Of a stretch of DNA of 64,000 bases, positions 25,795-38,125 are shown in pieces. Location of the stretch: contig CM119264.1 of the NCBI GenBank assembly GCA_051294375.1, positions 24,344,002 to 24,408,001 on the forward strand, given 5' to 3'. A program made the position numbers and the translations under genes. Source of the stretch: Paraspadella gotoi (Eukaryota > Animalia > Chaetognatha). Below the pieces are notes generated by a model. The model was not told the origin of the DNA. It did not search any database and saw nothing but the letters and a program-made list of their open reading frames with translations. The first letter of the stretch is position 1. Each line of letters opens with the position of its first letter.

Positions 25795-28700
25795 AACAGC
25801 AAACACGTTCACCAGCGTCAAGCGATTTTGCTTTACATCCCGGGACCTCCAACTGATAGGAGAAAATGGCTGGTGGATGCGGGCGTTGCTTTCGATCATT
25901 CCCCCGACCCGTGAGCAGAAAGAACGCGGCCCTGTCCGGAAATGAGATTGCAAGCGGCAAACGATCTCCGATTAACTGCTATGGAAGAGTAATGAAGACC
26001 GTAACCTTGGGAAACGCCCAATTCGATATGAATTCATTGTAGCAGACGTTAAACAGATATACTTGGCGGCAGACTTTCTCGCGGAGAACTTTTTAGCTCC
26101 AACATCGAGACGGCCATTCTCATAGGATCTACAGATATTCACCATTGCAGCAATCGATATCCTCAGAAACACATATGCATGTCAATTTTCGGTGGACAGA
26201 ATGGGAGAAAAGTTTTATAAGCTCCTCGAGTCGTTTCCATCACTCTCAACCCCAACATTTGAACTGAAAGAACCAAAACATGGGGTAACTCATTCGATAC
26301 CCACAGAAGGTCGACCCTGCCAATAGAGGGCACGTAGACTCGACCCAGAGAAACTGGCGGTAGCTAAGAGAGAGTTAGAGAAGATGGTCTCATTGGGAAT
26401 CCAAAGCGAGGAAAATCTGAGTGGTCGTCGCCGCTACATCGTCGTGAGCAAGCCTGACGGCGGCGGCGATGCTGCGGCGACTACAGGCCTAAACACTCAG
26501 ACAATAGACGACAAGTATTCAGTGAAGCTACTAAACAGACTTCAATGCGGAACTCGAAGGCAAGACGATATTCTCAAAGATCGACTTGTTAAAAGGGTAT
26601 CACCAAATACCGGTTAATCAGATGATGTAAAGAAAACCGCGGTGATAACACCCTTCGGACTGTACGTCTTTCCCCGCTGCCCTCGGGCCTAAAAAATGCA
26701 GGGCAGGACTTCCAGGCGTCTCATGGATGAGATTCTGGGAGAAGATCCCTCACACTTTCGTATATCTTGATGATATACTGGTCGCCTCATCTTCACCGGG
26801 GAACACTTACAAGACTCGAACGAGTCTTCAAGACTCTAGATGCCAACGGTTTGGTGGTCAACACCAGAAGTGTCTGCTGGGTCCAGGAATCACTGGAGTT
26901 CCTCGATTTTGGTTGACAAGAATGGAGTTCCGACCCTTCGGAGAGAGTACAAACTCTTCAAGCAACACGAGACCGACTACAGTCAAAGAACTGCAGCGAT
27001 TCTGGGAATGATAAATTATTATCGCCGATTGTTCCTAAGTTGCTCACAGATGCGCGCCGCTCTACGACGCCTTAAGCGGCAAACCAAAGGCGTTGAAATG
27101 GACAACGGAGTGTGAGGAAGCGTTTGAATCAATCAAACAGGCTTAGTACAAGCCGCACTCTTGCATCACCCTCGAACAGGCGCACAGCTCTGCGTCACAA
27201 CCGATGCAATCAGATCACGCGTAGGAGGGTCTCGAACAACGGAAGGACCAAAGGGTTGGGAACCGCTTGCCTTCTTCTCGCCGAAACTGGCAAAAATCAA
27301 AGACTCTGGCCGCCTTTCGACGAGAATTATTCGGCGCCTTCAGAGCAGTTCGCCATTTTCGGCATTGATTGAAGACAGGAATTTCACAATCTATCACCGA
27401 ACACCAAAGCTTGATACCGGCTATCAAAAAGAAATCGGAGCCTCAAATGCTCGCCAGGCCTACAGCTGTCGGTGATCGCAGATTCACCACGGATATCAGA
27501 TACTTAAAAGGAAAGGCAAATGTAGTAGCGGACGCCTTATCGCGTCCAAATGCTGCATCGATCAACAACTCCGCAACAGCAATCGAATATCCCGCCACCG
27601 CATCACCACAGCAACCAACGGAAAACGAAGCGGAGATCTCACAACCCAATGCGACCCAAAATCGTCAACGTCGACAGAAACTCGAAGAGAAATTGAGAGG
27701 CCGATCAAAACAAAATCGACTCGAAGACCCGAGGCCGTATAGCCTACTCACAACCTTCGACGTTGACTTCGAACAAATGGCGAGAGAGCAACGCCTCGAC
27801 GACGATTTCCAGAAGATTTCCGAGGATGCAAGAACCGGTTTGACTTTCAGAAAATCCAAGTCGGCAATGAACAGCTTCTACAGATGTTTCAAACGGCCCC
27901 GCTCGCCCGTTTGTTCCTGCAGCTTGGCGCCGTAAAATCTTCGACGTAATACACGCCTCGGCCTCCAGGCGTCGAAGCCACACGTAAGCGATAACGTCAA
28001 AATTCGTCTGGACAAATATGAAGCAGGATATCAGCAAATGGGCAGAGACTGTATGATTGCCCAGCGAGCTAAGTAACTCGACATGTAGTGCCCAGATTGG
28101 TGATTTTAAAATCCCACCTCGAAGGTTTCAACACATAAATCTGGAATCTAGTAAAGATGCCAAATTCCAAACGGATTGAAACATTTGCTTACAATAGTAG
28201 ACCGCTTCTCAGGTGGCAACTGCGATAAAATCAAGATACGCTTACAACAACAATCTTGATTGCCCTCAGCTCACCAATGGATAAGCTCCTTCGGAACTCC
28301 AGCAGTAATTAACCACAGATCGTGGAACCCAATTTTATTCGGCACTATGAGACAGCTTACCAGGCAATGGGGAAAAGCACAGCAACAACCGCATATCACC
28401 CACAGGCCAACGGCCTAGTAGAACGGTTTCATCGAAGCTGAAAGAATCCCTCATTGGTTGGCCAGACGAACGCGAAATTGGTACTGGAAGTTGCCTTTAA
28501 CATTACTTGCAATTCGTACTACCGTGAAGGAAGATATCGGCGCCTCAGCGGCCGATTTAGTATTCGGTGAAGGGATCAACGTCCCGGCGGCATGCTTGGC
28601 GACGCCCAAAACGACAACGCGGAGTTACAGCGTCAACGTCAACGTCAATTAGCCAGTCTCAGAGTTGAAGTTGGCTCGTTTACAACCGACGTCAACGTCC

Positions 28701-29208
28701 GCGCCACCGACAACCGACAATCCATCTTCCGGCCAATTTGGAATCCGCGCAATACGTTTTCGTACGAAAGGCAGGCGTTAATCCACCACTAATCCCGCCA
28801 TATGAAGGGCCCTTCCGCGTCATCAGTCGCACGCCTCAATATGACATCGACATTCCCAGCACCGGCACAAAACCGTCAATATTGCACGGGTTGAAGCCGG
28901 CATGGATCAGCGAGGACTTGGAGGACGTCATCGAATCGGAGACACGCCCACGGCGACGCCCAGGCCGCCGCCAGCCCGAGAACGCGAAACGCCGGCGCCA
29001 ACAACAGAGAAACAAGATCCATGACTCGACGCGCCGCTTTGCGTCCTCCTCCTCTCCTCCTTCTCCTCCTCCTCTTCCCCCCATCCCCTCTCACTCCCCA
29101 ACACCCCCTGTCTACCCTCGACCCGCTCACACCTTCCCAACGCTTTTTCCTCCATCTTTTCCCTTCTCCCGACCTTCTCCGCTCACCATCTCCAACCTCA
29201 ATAAATAA
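25760..29208 (+). CDS. pol: Pol polyprotein: protease, reverse transcriptase, RNase H, integrase (many indels)
   Basis: Fragments VVSKPDGG, TFVYLDDILVASS, LGMINYYRR, GWEPLAFFS, YLKGKANVVADALSRP, LPLTLLAIRTTVKEDIGASAADLVFG, PPYEGPFRVISR. Confidence 0.9.
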
Positions 29209-29697
29209 CATCATCAACGACGAAGAAAGAAATAATGAGCCAACGTGGAGGTCTCCAAACTGATAGCGGAGAATTTTTCGAAAAGCAAAGTCGCCAAACG
29301 AAATAACGAGAACAACAACAACGAAACAACAATCGGCAACTTACGCTGTGCCGCTAAGAGAAATGCTTCTCCGACAAAAAGAAGACAACGAAGAAAAGAA
29401 AGAAAAAGGGACGAAAATACGACGAAATATCCTTGTTGCTCTAGTCAACAGCCGGAGTCTGAGTTTCCTTTGTCGTCCTGCATCAACCTACACGAAAACT
29501 CCGGACTGTGACGTTACAGTTACCTTTTATTATTATATTGGATTTTAGAAATTTTGTAGTTTTGAATATTTTAAGAATCATTCAATAGTTTATTATTAAT
29601 TGTATATACCGATGTATATATTTGTTTTTATATTTATAACATACTTAAGAAACGAGTTCAACATATTATGAAATTCATTTAACCCATATATTTCAAC

Positions 29698-29705
29698 AGG
29701 GGGGG
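29698..29705 (+). promoter_or_regulatory. Polypurine tract (second PPT at 30659-30665)
   Basis: AGGGGGGG immediately before LTR2; the same motif precedes LTR3. Confidence 0.85.
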
Positions 29706-29706
29706 T

Positions 29707-30196
29707 TGTAGCACCTCGATCCAAATTAATTTCTATATAAAAATAATTCATCCGCTCCCGGAGTTGAACCGCGGATCAAAGACTTGGGATGCCTTGACCG
29801 AGCGACCTGGGCCAACCAAGTAACTCCAAAAACTCAACTTCGAAATCTTACTTAACCTTTATGGATTATCAAGACTTTTGTCTTCTCCAAGGATCACACC
29901 AAATTCAACACAAGATGTCACTATGAATATTATTTTGTTTAATGATTCCTTCCTTATTATTGATTGTAAAACTGATTCATTCAGTCTGGCTTTTACTCTC
30001 AAAAAGAATAAACCTGATCTAAACTTTATTCTTCAATGTTTTAATTAAGTCTCAACAAATGTAAATAATACATTATGCTACTGAGAAATTAAACAGTCTA
30101 ATCATTAAGACCACGTTAAGCCTTCCCTGCGCTCCGGATCCTTAAGTGATGAATCACCAGTCTCACGATCTTAGAACCTTCAACGTCACCTTGCCA
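29707..30196 (+). repeat. LTR2 (lacks the final CA; fused to a duplicated 3' UTR)
   Basis: Matches the 5' LTR and ends TTGCCA|ACGTG. Confidence 0.9.
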
Positions 30197-30667
30197 ACGT
30201 GAGGTCTCCAAACTGATAGCGGAGAATTTTTTCGAAAAAAGCAAAGTCGCCAACGAATAACGAGAACAACAACAACGACAACAACAATCGGCCACTTACG
30301 CTGTTGTGCTAAAGAGAAATGCTTCTCCGACAAAAAGAAGACAACGAAGAAAAGAAAGAAAAAGGAGACGAAAATAACGACGAAATATCCTTGTTGCCTC
30401 TAGTCAACGCCGGAGTCTGAGTTTCCTTTGTCGTCCTGCATCAACCTACAACGAAAACTCCGACTGTGACGTTACAGTTACCTTGTATTATTATATTGGA
30501 TTTTAGAAATTTTGTAGTTTTGAATATTTTTAAGAATCATTCATAGTTTATTTATTAATTGTATATACCCGATGTATATATTTGTTTTTATATTTAATAA
30601 CATACTTAAGAAACGAGTGTCAACAATATTATGAAATTATTTAACCATATATTTCAACAGGGGGGCG

Positions 30668-31156
30668 TGTACCACCTCCGATCAAATTAATTCTATATAA
30701 AATAATTCATCCGCACCGGAGTTGAACCCGGGATCAAAGACTGGGATGCCTTGGACCGAGCGGACCTGGCCAACCAGTCAACTACCAAAATCAACTTCGA
30801 AAATCCTTACTTAAACTTTAATGGATTATCAAGACTTTTGTCTTCTCCCAAGGATCACACCAAATTCACACAAGATGTCACTATGAATTATTATTTTTGT
30901 TTAATGATTGCTTTCCTTATATTGATTGTAAACGATTCATTCAGTCTGGCTTTTACTCTCAAAAAGAATAAACCTGATCTAACTTTATTCTTCAATGTTT
31001 TAATTAAGTCTCACAAATGTAAATAATACATATGCTACTGAGAAATTAAACAGTCTAATCATTAAGACCAACGTTAAGCCTTCCCTGCGCTCCGGATCCT
31101 TAAGTGATGAATTCACCAAGTCTCACGATCTAGAACTCAACGTCACCTTGCCACCA
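30668..31156 (+). repeat. LTR3 (terminal 3' LTR)
   Basis: Matches the 5' LTR and is preceded by a PPT. Confidence 0.9.
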
Positions 31157-33843
31157 TTTTTTTTTGTATAATTTTATCTTTCTTGTCGAAAATAAGGGTT
31201 TTTAATGTATATAAAATTATTTAAAACCATTATAAGTATATGATAAATCAATTATTAAAATTTTATAAAATTTATAGCTTTGATAATATAAAAATAAAGA
31301 CTTATAAATATTTTGGTAAGTTTATTTACAAATTTTATTTTATAAAAGTTTGTTAACTATATTTATTAATAATATAAGTAAAAAATTAGTAAAGTAAAAG
31401 ATAAAATTTCAAAATTGTTTCATGATTTGCATTCTTTACAAAAAGTTGATATAAGAAAATATAATTTTTATACAAAATTTGTTCATTAAGTTGGTAAAAA
31501 TATTCAGAAAAACTATATTTTTATTAATTTTCAAAATTTATAAAATATAGTTTTCTAAATTTTAACCTACTTAATGAAAAAATTTGTTATAAAAATGATA
31601 TATTTTCTTATATCAACTTTTTGTAAAGAATTAAAATCATGGTAAAAATTTTGAAATTATTAATCTTTTCACTTTAGCTTTATTTTTTATCATTATTTAT
31701 TAATAATTAGCTAACAACTATTAATAAAATATAAAATTTGAAATAAACTTACCAAATATTTATAATGTCTTTATTTTATATTTCAAAAGCTCATATAAAT
31801 TTTATAAAATTTAATAATTTGATTTATTCATAAACTTATAATGTTTTAATAATTTTATATACATTAAAAACCCTTATTCGACAAGAAAGATAAAATTATA
31901 CAAAAAAAATGTGGCAAGGTGACGTTGAGGTTCTAGATCGTGAGACTTGGTGATTCATCACTTAAGGTCCGGACGCAGGGAAGGCTTAACGTTGGTCTTA
32001 ATGATTAGACTGTTTAATTTTCAGTAGCATAATGTATTATTACATTTGTGAGACTTAATTAAAACATTGAAGAATAAAGTTTTTAGATCAGGTTATTCTT
32101 TTTGAAGTAAAAGCCAGACTGAATGAATCAGTTTACAATCAATATAAGGAAAGCAATCATTAAACAAATAATAATTCATAGTGACATCTTGTGTTGAATT
32201 TGGTGTGATCCTTGGGAGAGACAAAGTCTTGATAATCCATTAAAGGTTTAAGTAAGGATTCGAAGTTGAGTTTTGGTAGTTGACTGGTTGGCCCAGCGGT
32301 CGGTCAAGGCATCCAAGTCTTTGATCCCGGGTTCTAACTCGGAGCGGATGAATTATTTTTATATAGAAATTAATTTGATCGAGGTGGCTACACGCCCCCT
32401 GTTGAAATATATGGGTTAAATAATTTCAATAATATTGTTGACACTCGTTCTTAAGTTGTTATAAATATAAAAACAAATATATACCATCGGGTATATACAA
32501 TTATAAATAAAACCTATTGAATGATTCTTAAAATATTCAAAACTACAAATTTCTAAAATCCAATATAATAATACAAGGTAACTGTAACGTCAAAGTCGGA
32601 GTTTTCGTTGAGTTATGCAGGACGACAAAGGAAAAACTCAGACTCCGCTGTTGACTAGAAGCAACAAGGATATTCGTCGTTATTTTCGTCTCCTTTTTCT
32701 TTCTTTTCTTCGTTGTCTTCTTTTTGTCGGAGAAGCATTTCTCTTAGCACAACAGCGTAAGTTGGCCCCGAATTGTTGTTGTCGTTGTTGTTGTTCTCGT
32801 TATTCGTTTGCGACTTTGCTTTTTTCGAAAAATTCTCCGCTATCAGTTTGGAAGACCTCCACGTTGGCAAGGTGACGTTGAGGTTCTAAGATCGTGAGAC
32901 TTGGTGATTCATCACTTAAGGATCCGGAGCGCAGGGAAGGCTTACGTTGGTCTAATGATTAGACTGTTTAATTTCTCAGTAGCATAATGTATTATTTACA
33001 TTTGTGAGACTTAATTAAAAACATTGAAGAATAAGTTTAGATCAGGTTATTCTTTTTGAGAGTAAAAGCCAGACTGAAATGAAATCAGTTACAATCCAAT
33101 AATAAAGAATATTAACAAAATAATAATTCATAGTGACATCTGTGTTGAATTTGGTGTGATCCTTGGAGAAGACCAAAAGTCTTGATAATCCATTAAGGTT
33201 TAAGTAAGGATTTCGAAGTTGAGTTTTGGTAGTTGACTGGTTGGCCAGTCGCTCGGTCAAGCATCCCAAGTCTTTGATCCGGTTCAACTCCGGGAGCGGA
33301 TGAATTATTTTTATATAGAAATTAATTTTGATTCGAGGGTGGCTACACGCCCCCTGTTGAAATATATGGGTTAAATAATTTCAATAAATGTGACACTCGT
33401 TTCTTAGTATGTTATAAATATAAAAACAAATATATACCTCGGGTAATATACATTAAATAAATAAACTATGAATGATCTTAATATTCAAAAACTACAAAAT
33501 TTCTAAATCCAATATAATAATACAAAGGTAAACTGTAACGTTCAACAGTCGGAGCTTTTCGTGTAGGTTGATGCAGGACGACAAAGGAAACTCAGACTCC
33601 GCTGTTGACTAGAGCAACAAGGATATTCGTCGTTATTTTCGTCTCCTTTTTCTTTCTTTTCTTCGTTGTCTTCTTTTTGTCGGAGAGCATTTCTCTAGCG
33701 CAACAGCGTAATTGGCCGGATTGTTGTTGTCGTTGTTGTTGTTCTCGTTATTCGTTTGGCGACTTTGCTTTTTCGAAAATTCTCGCTATCAGTTTTGGAG
33801 ACCTCCACGTTGGCTCATTATTTCTTCTTCGTCGTTGATGATG

Positions 33844-36800
33844 TTATTTATTGAGGTTGGAGATGGTGGCGGAGAAGGTCGGGAGAAGGGGAAGATGGGA
33901 GGAAAAAAGCGTTGGGAAGGTGTGAGCGGTCGAGGTAGCAGGGGGTGTTGGGGTGAAGAGGGATGGGGGAAGAGAGGAGGAGAAGGAGGAGGAGGAGGAG
34001 GACGCAAAGCGGCGCGTCGAGTCAGGAATCTTGTTCTCTTGTTGTTGGGCGGCCGGCGTTCGCGTTCTCGGGCCTGGCGGGCGGCTGGCGTCGCCGTGGC
34101 GTGTCTCCGATTCGATGACGTCCTCCAAGTCCTCGCTGATCCATGCCGGCTCACCCGTGCAATATGAGGTTTTGTGGCCGGTGCTGGAATGTCGATTGTC
34201 ATATTGAGGCCGTTGCGACTGATGACGCGGAAGGGCCCTTCATATGGCGGGATTAGTGGTGGATTAACGCCTGCCTTTCGTACGAAAACGTATTGCGCGG
34301 ATTCCAAATTGGCCGCGAAGATGGATTGTCGTTGTCGGTGGGCGACGTTGACGTCGTTGTAAACGAGCAACTTCAACTCTGAGACCTGGCTAATTGACGT
34401 TGACGTTGACGCTGTAACTCCGCGTTGTCGTTTTGGGCGTCGCAAGCATGCCGCGGGGACGTTGATCCCTTCACCGAATACTAAATCGGCCGCTGAGGCG
34501 CCGATATCTTCCTCACGGTAGTACGAATTGCAAGTAATGCTAAAGGCAAAACTTCCAGTACCAATTTCGCGTTCGTCTCTGGCCAACGCAATGAGGGATT
34601 CTTCAGCCTTCGATGAAACCGTTCTACTAGGCCGTTGGCCTGTGGTGATATGCGGTTGTTGGCTGATGCTTTATTCCCCATTGCCTGGTAAAGCTGTCTC
34701 CATAGTGCGAATAAAATGGGTTCCCACGATCTGTGTAATTACTGCTGGAGTTCCGAAGGAGCTTATCCATTGTGGCTGAGGGCATCAAAATTGTTGTTGT
34801 AAGCGTATCCTTGATTTATCGCAGTTGGCCACCTGAGAAGCGTCTACTATTGAAGCAAATGTTTAAATTCCGTTTGAATTTGGCATTCTTACTAGATCCA
34901 GATTTATGTGTTGAAACCTTCGAGTTGGGATTTTAAAATCACAAACTCGGGCACTACATGTCGAGTTACTTAGCTCGCTGGCAATCAAACAGTCTCTTGA
35001 CCCATTTGCTGATATCCTGCTTCATATTTGTCCAGACGAATTTTGACGTTATCGCTTTACGTGTTGGCTTCGACGCCTGGATGGCCGAGGCCGTGTATTA
35101 CGTCGAAGATTTTACGGCGCCAGCTGCAGGAACAAACGGCGAGCGGGGCCGTTTGAAACATCTGCTAGAACTGTTCATTGCCGACTTGGATTTTTCTGAA
35201 AGTCAAACCGGTTCTTGCATCCTCGGAAATCTTCTGGAATCGGCGTCGAGGCGTTGCTCTCTCGCCATTTGTTCGAAGTCAACGTCGAGGTTGTGAGTGA
35301 GGCTATTACGGCCTCGGCGTCTTCGAGTCGATTTTGTTGATCGGCCTTCTCAATTTTCTCTTCGAGTTTCTCGTCGACGTTGACCGATTTGGGTCGCTTG
35401 GGGTTGTTTGAATCTCCGCTTCGTTTTCGTTGGTTGCTGTGGTGATGCGGTTGGCGGATATTCGATTGCCTGTTCGGAGTGTTGATGATGCAGCATTTGC
35501 GACGCGATAAGGCGTCCGGCTACTACATTGCCTTTCCTTTTAAGTATCTGATATCCGTGGTGAATTCTGCGATCACCGGACAGCTGGTAGCCGGCGAGCA
35601 GTTTGAGGCTCCGATTTTCTTTTTGATAGCCGGTATCAAGCTTGGTGGTCGGTGTAGATTGTGAAATTCCTTCCTTCAATCAATGCCGAAAATGGCGAAC
35701 TGCTCTGAAGGCGCCGAATAATTCTCGGTCGAAAGGCGGCCAGAGTCTTTGATTTTTTTGCCAGTTTTCGCCGAGAAGAAGGCAAGCGGTTCCCAACCGC
35801 TTTGCGTCCTCGTTGTTCGAGAACCGCTCTACCGCCGTGATCTGATGCATCGGTTGTGACGCAGACTGTGCGCCTGTTCGAGGTGATGCAAGAGTGCTGC
35901 TTGTACTAAGCCTTGTTTGATTGATTCAAACGCTTCCTCACACTCCGTGTCCATTTCAACGCCTTTGGTTTGCCGCTTAAGGGCTCGTAGAGCGGCGCGC
36001 ATTGTGAGCAACCTTAGGAACAAATCGCGATAATAATTTATCATTCCAAGAAATCGCCTGCAGTTCTTTGACTGTAGTCCGTCTCGTGTTGCTTGAAGAG
36101 TTTGTACTCTCTCCGGAAGGGTCGAACTCCATTCTTGTCAACCAAAAATCCGAGGAACTCCCAGTGATTCCTGACCCAGCGACACTTCTTGGTGTTGACC
36201 ACCAAACCGTTGGCATCTAAGAGTCTTGAAGACTCGTCCGAGGTCTTGTAAGTGTTCCTCCGGTGAAGATGAGGCGACCAGTATATCATCAAGATATACG
36301 AAAGTGTGAGGATTTCTCCCAGAATCTCATCCATGAGACCTGGAAGTCCTGCCCTGGCATTTTTTAGGCCGAACGGGCAGCGGGGAAAGACGTACAGTCC
36401 GAAGGGTGTTATCACCGCGGTTTCTTTACATCATCGGGATAACCGGTATTGGTGATACCTTTTAACAAGTCGATCTTTGAGAATATCGTCTTGCCTTCGA
36501 GTTCGCATTGAAGTCTGTTAGTAGCTTCACTGGATACCTTGTCGTCTATTGTCTGAGTGTTTAGGCGCCTGTAGTCGCCGCAGCATCGCAGCCCGCCGTC
36601 AGGCTTGCTCACGACGTGTAGCGGCGACGACCACTCAGATTTTCCTCGCTTGCGATTCCCAATGAGACCCATGTTCTCTAACTCTCTCTAGCTACCGCCA
36701 GTTTCTCTGGGTCGAGTCTACGTGCCCTCGATTGGCAGGTCGACCTTCTGTGGGTATCGAATGAGTTACCCATGTTTTGGTTCTTCAGTTCAAATGTTGG

Positions 36801-37285
36801 GTTGAGAGTGATGGAAACGACTCGAGGAGCTATAAAACTTTTCTCCATTCTGTCCACGAAATTGACATGCATAGTTGTTTCGGAGGATATCGATGCTGCA
36901 ATGGTTGAATAATCTTGTAGATCCATGAGAAGGCCGTCTCGATGGTTGGGAGCTAAAAAGTTCTCCGCGAGAAAGTCTGCGCCAAGTATATTCTGTGTAA
37001 CGTCTGCTACAATGATTCATATTCGAATTGGCGTTCCCCAGGTTACGGTCTTCATTACTCTTCCATAAGCAGTTATCGGAGATCCGTTTGCCGCTTGCAA
37101 TCTCATTTCCGGATCAGGGCCGCGCTTCTTTCTGCTCACGGGTCGGGAATGATCGAAAGAACGCCCCGCCATCCACCACCATTTTCTCCTATCGTTGGAG
37201 TCCCGGATGTAAAGCAAATCGCTGACGCGGTGAACGTGTTTGCTGTTGGGGAACGGCGTCACCGCCGGCGTCCCCCTTTGGCGTT
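33844..37285 (-). CDS. pol: Pol of copy 2 (indel-broken)
   Basis: SEWSSPLHVVSKPDGGLRCCGDYRRLN, IFSKIDLLKG, ITPFGLYVFPRCPFGLKNA, PQANGLVERFHRRLK, PPYEGPFRV. Confidence 0.9.
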
Positions 37286-38125
37286 TTCCCTCACGCCGTT
37301 TCTGAGTCTCTCGTATTTAGCACAGCCTGGTTCACAGACCAGGCGTCCTCTCGATCGTACGTGTTTTGCTGCAGATAGTCATTAGCTTTGGCTTCTTTTC
37401 TCTTTCGCTGGATTCGACTTCTTTTTCATTGTAGTTCCGCTTCTGGAATTTGCCGAGGGCGTTGATGGCGTCGTCTTCATCCCGATGTCGATTGTTGACG
37501 CTCTCCGCTGTTCTCTTCGATGTTGTTGACGAGGGAGCTTTGCTGGCGAATCTTGAGATTTCCTTCAATATCGAAGTGGTGATCTGGCCAGGCTGGCACA
37601 GATCTTTTGCTGATAAGTCCTCGGCCTTTATCCTCCAGTTGACGTCGGTATTCGGTTGGAAGGTCTCGAAGAATTTTTTCTTTTCGAACGTCATCGAGAT
37701 TAAGCGTTTTGTTTTTTCTTCAATTGTGCTAGCTTTTTTGATGGTTAACGCCGTTCGAAGTCGAAAGGATCGAGAAGGAAAGCAGCTTGTTGTCGGCGAG
37801 ATAATCCATATTCTTTTCTCAAGTATTGAGGAACTGGTTCACGTTCTTCCGTTGCATCGCCGAAGAGAAACTGGTGATGGTCGATCAACCTTAACGCCAA
37901 TCTTTGATTCGAGATGGGCGAATTTGCTCTCTGGGACTGACGATTCCTGCCCGAGTATAGGCGGATTCGACCGCCTGATCCAGATCTCGATATTGGAGTG
38001 TCGAAATCCGAAGGTCGGGTTTCTTGTGGTAAGCTCTCTCCAGGGCGCGCAGTCGCTGCGGCCAAAGCTGCGCGAAGCTCCTCGTTTTCCCGCGAAGCTC
38101 CCTTTCTGTGGCGCACAGTCGCCAT
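37259..38125 (-). CDS. gag: Gag of copy 2 (indel-broken)
   Basis: Reverse complement of 24911-25782. Confidence 0.75.

Larger units (their letters stand above)
24039..31156 (+). mobile_element. Ty3/Gypsy LTR retrotransposon, CsRN1-like clade, with three LTRs (copy 1)
   Basis: TGTAGC...GCCACA LTRs, PBS-like TGG, PPT, Gag CHCC knuckle, RT YLDD, RNase H ADALSR, integrase TTAYHPQANGLVERFHR, GPY/F motif PPYEGPFRV; domain order PR-RT-RH-IN. Confidence 0.95.

Noticed and set aside
29210-29700. env-like or extra ORF in the Gypsy 3' region
   Set aside because: Only short low-complexity ORFs that are inconsistent between copies; treated as 3' UTR.
31500-31560. Missed SMRTbell adapter at the palindrome centre
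   Set aside because: No adapter-like sequence is present; the centre is the AT-rich loop of the foldback MITE.
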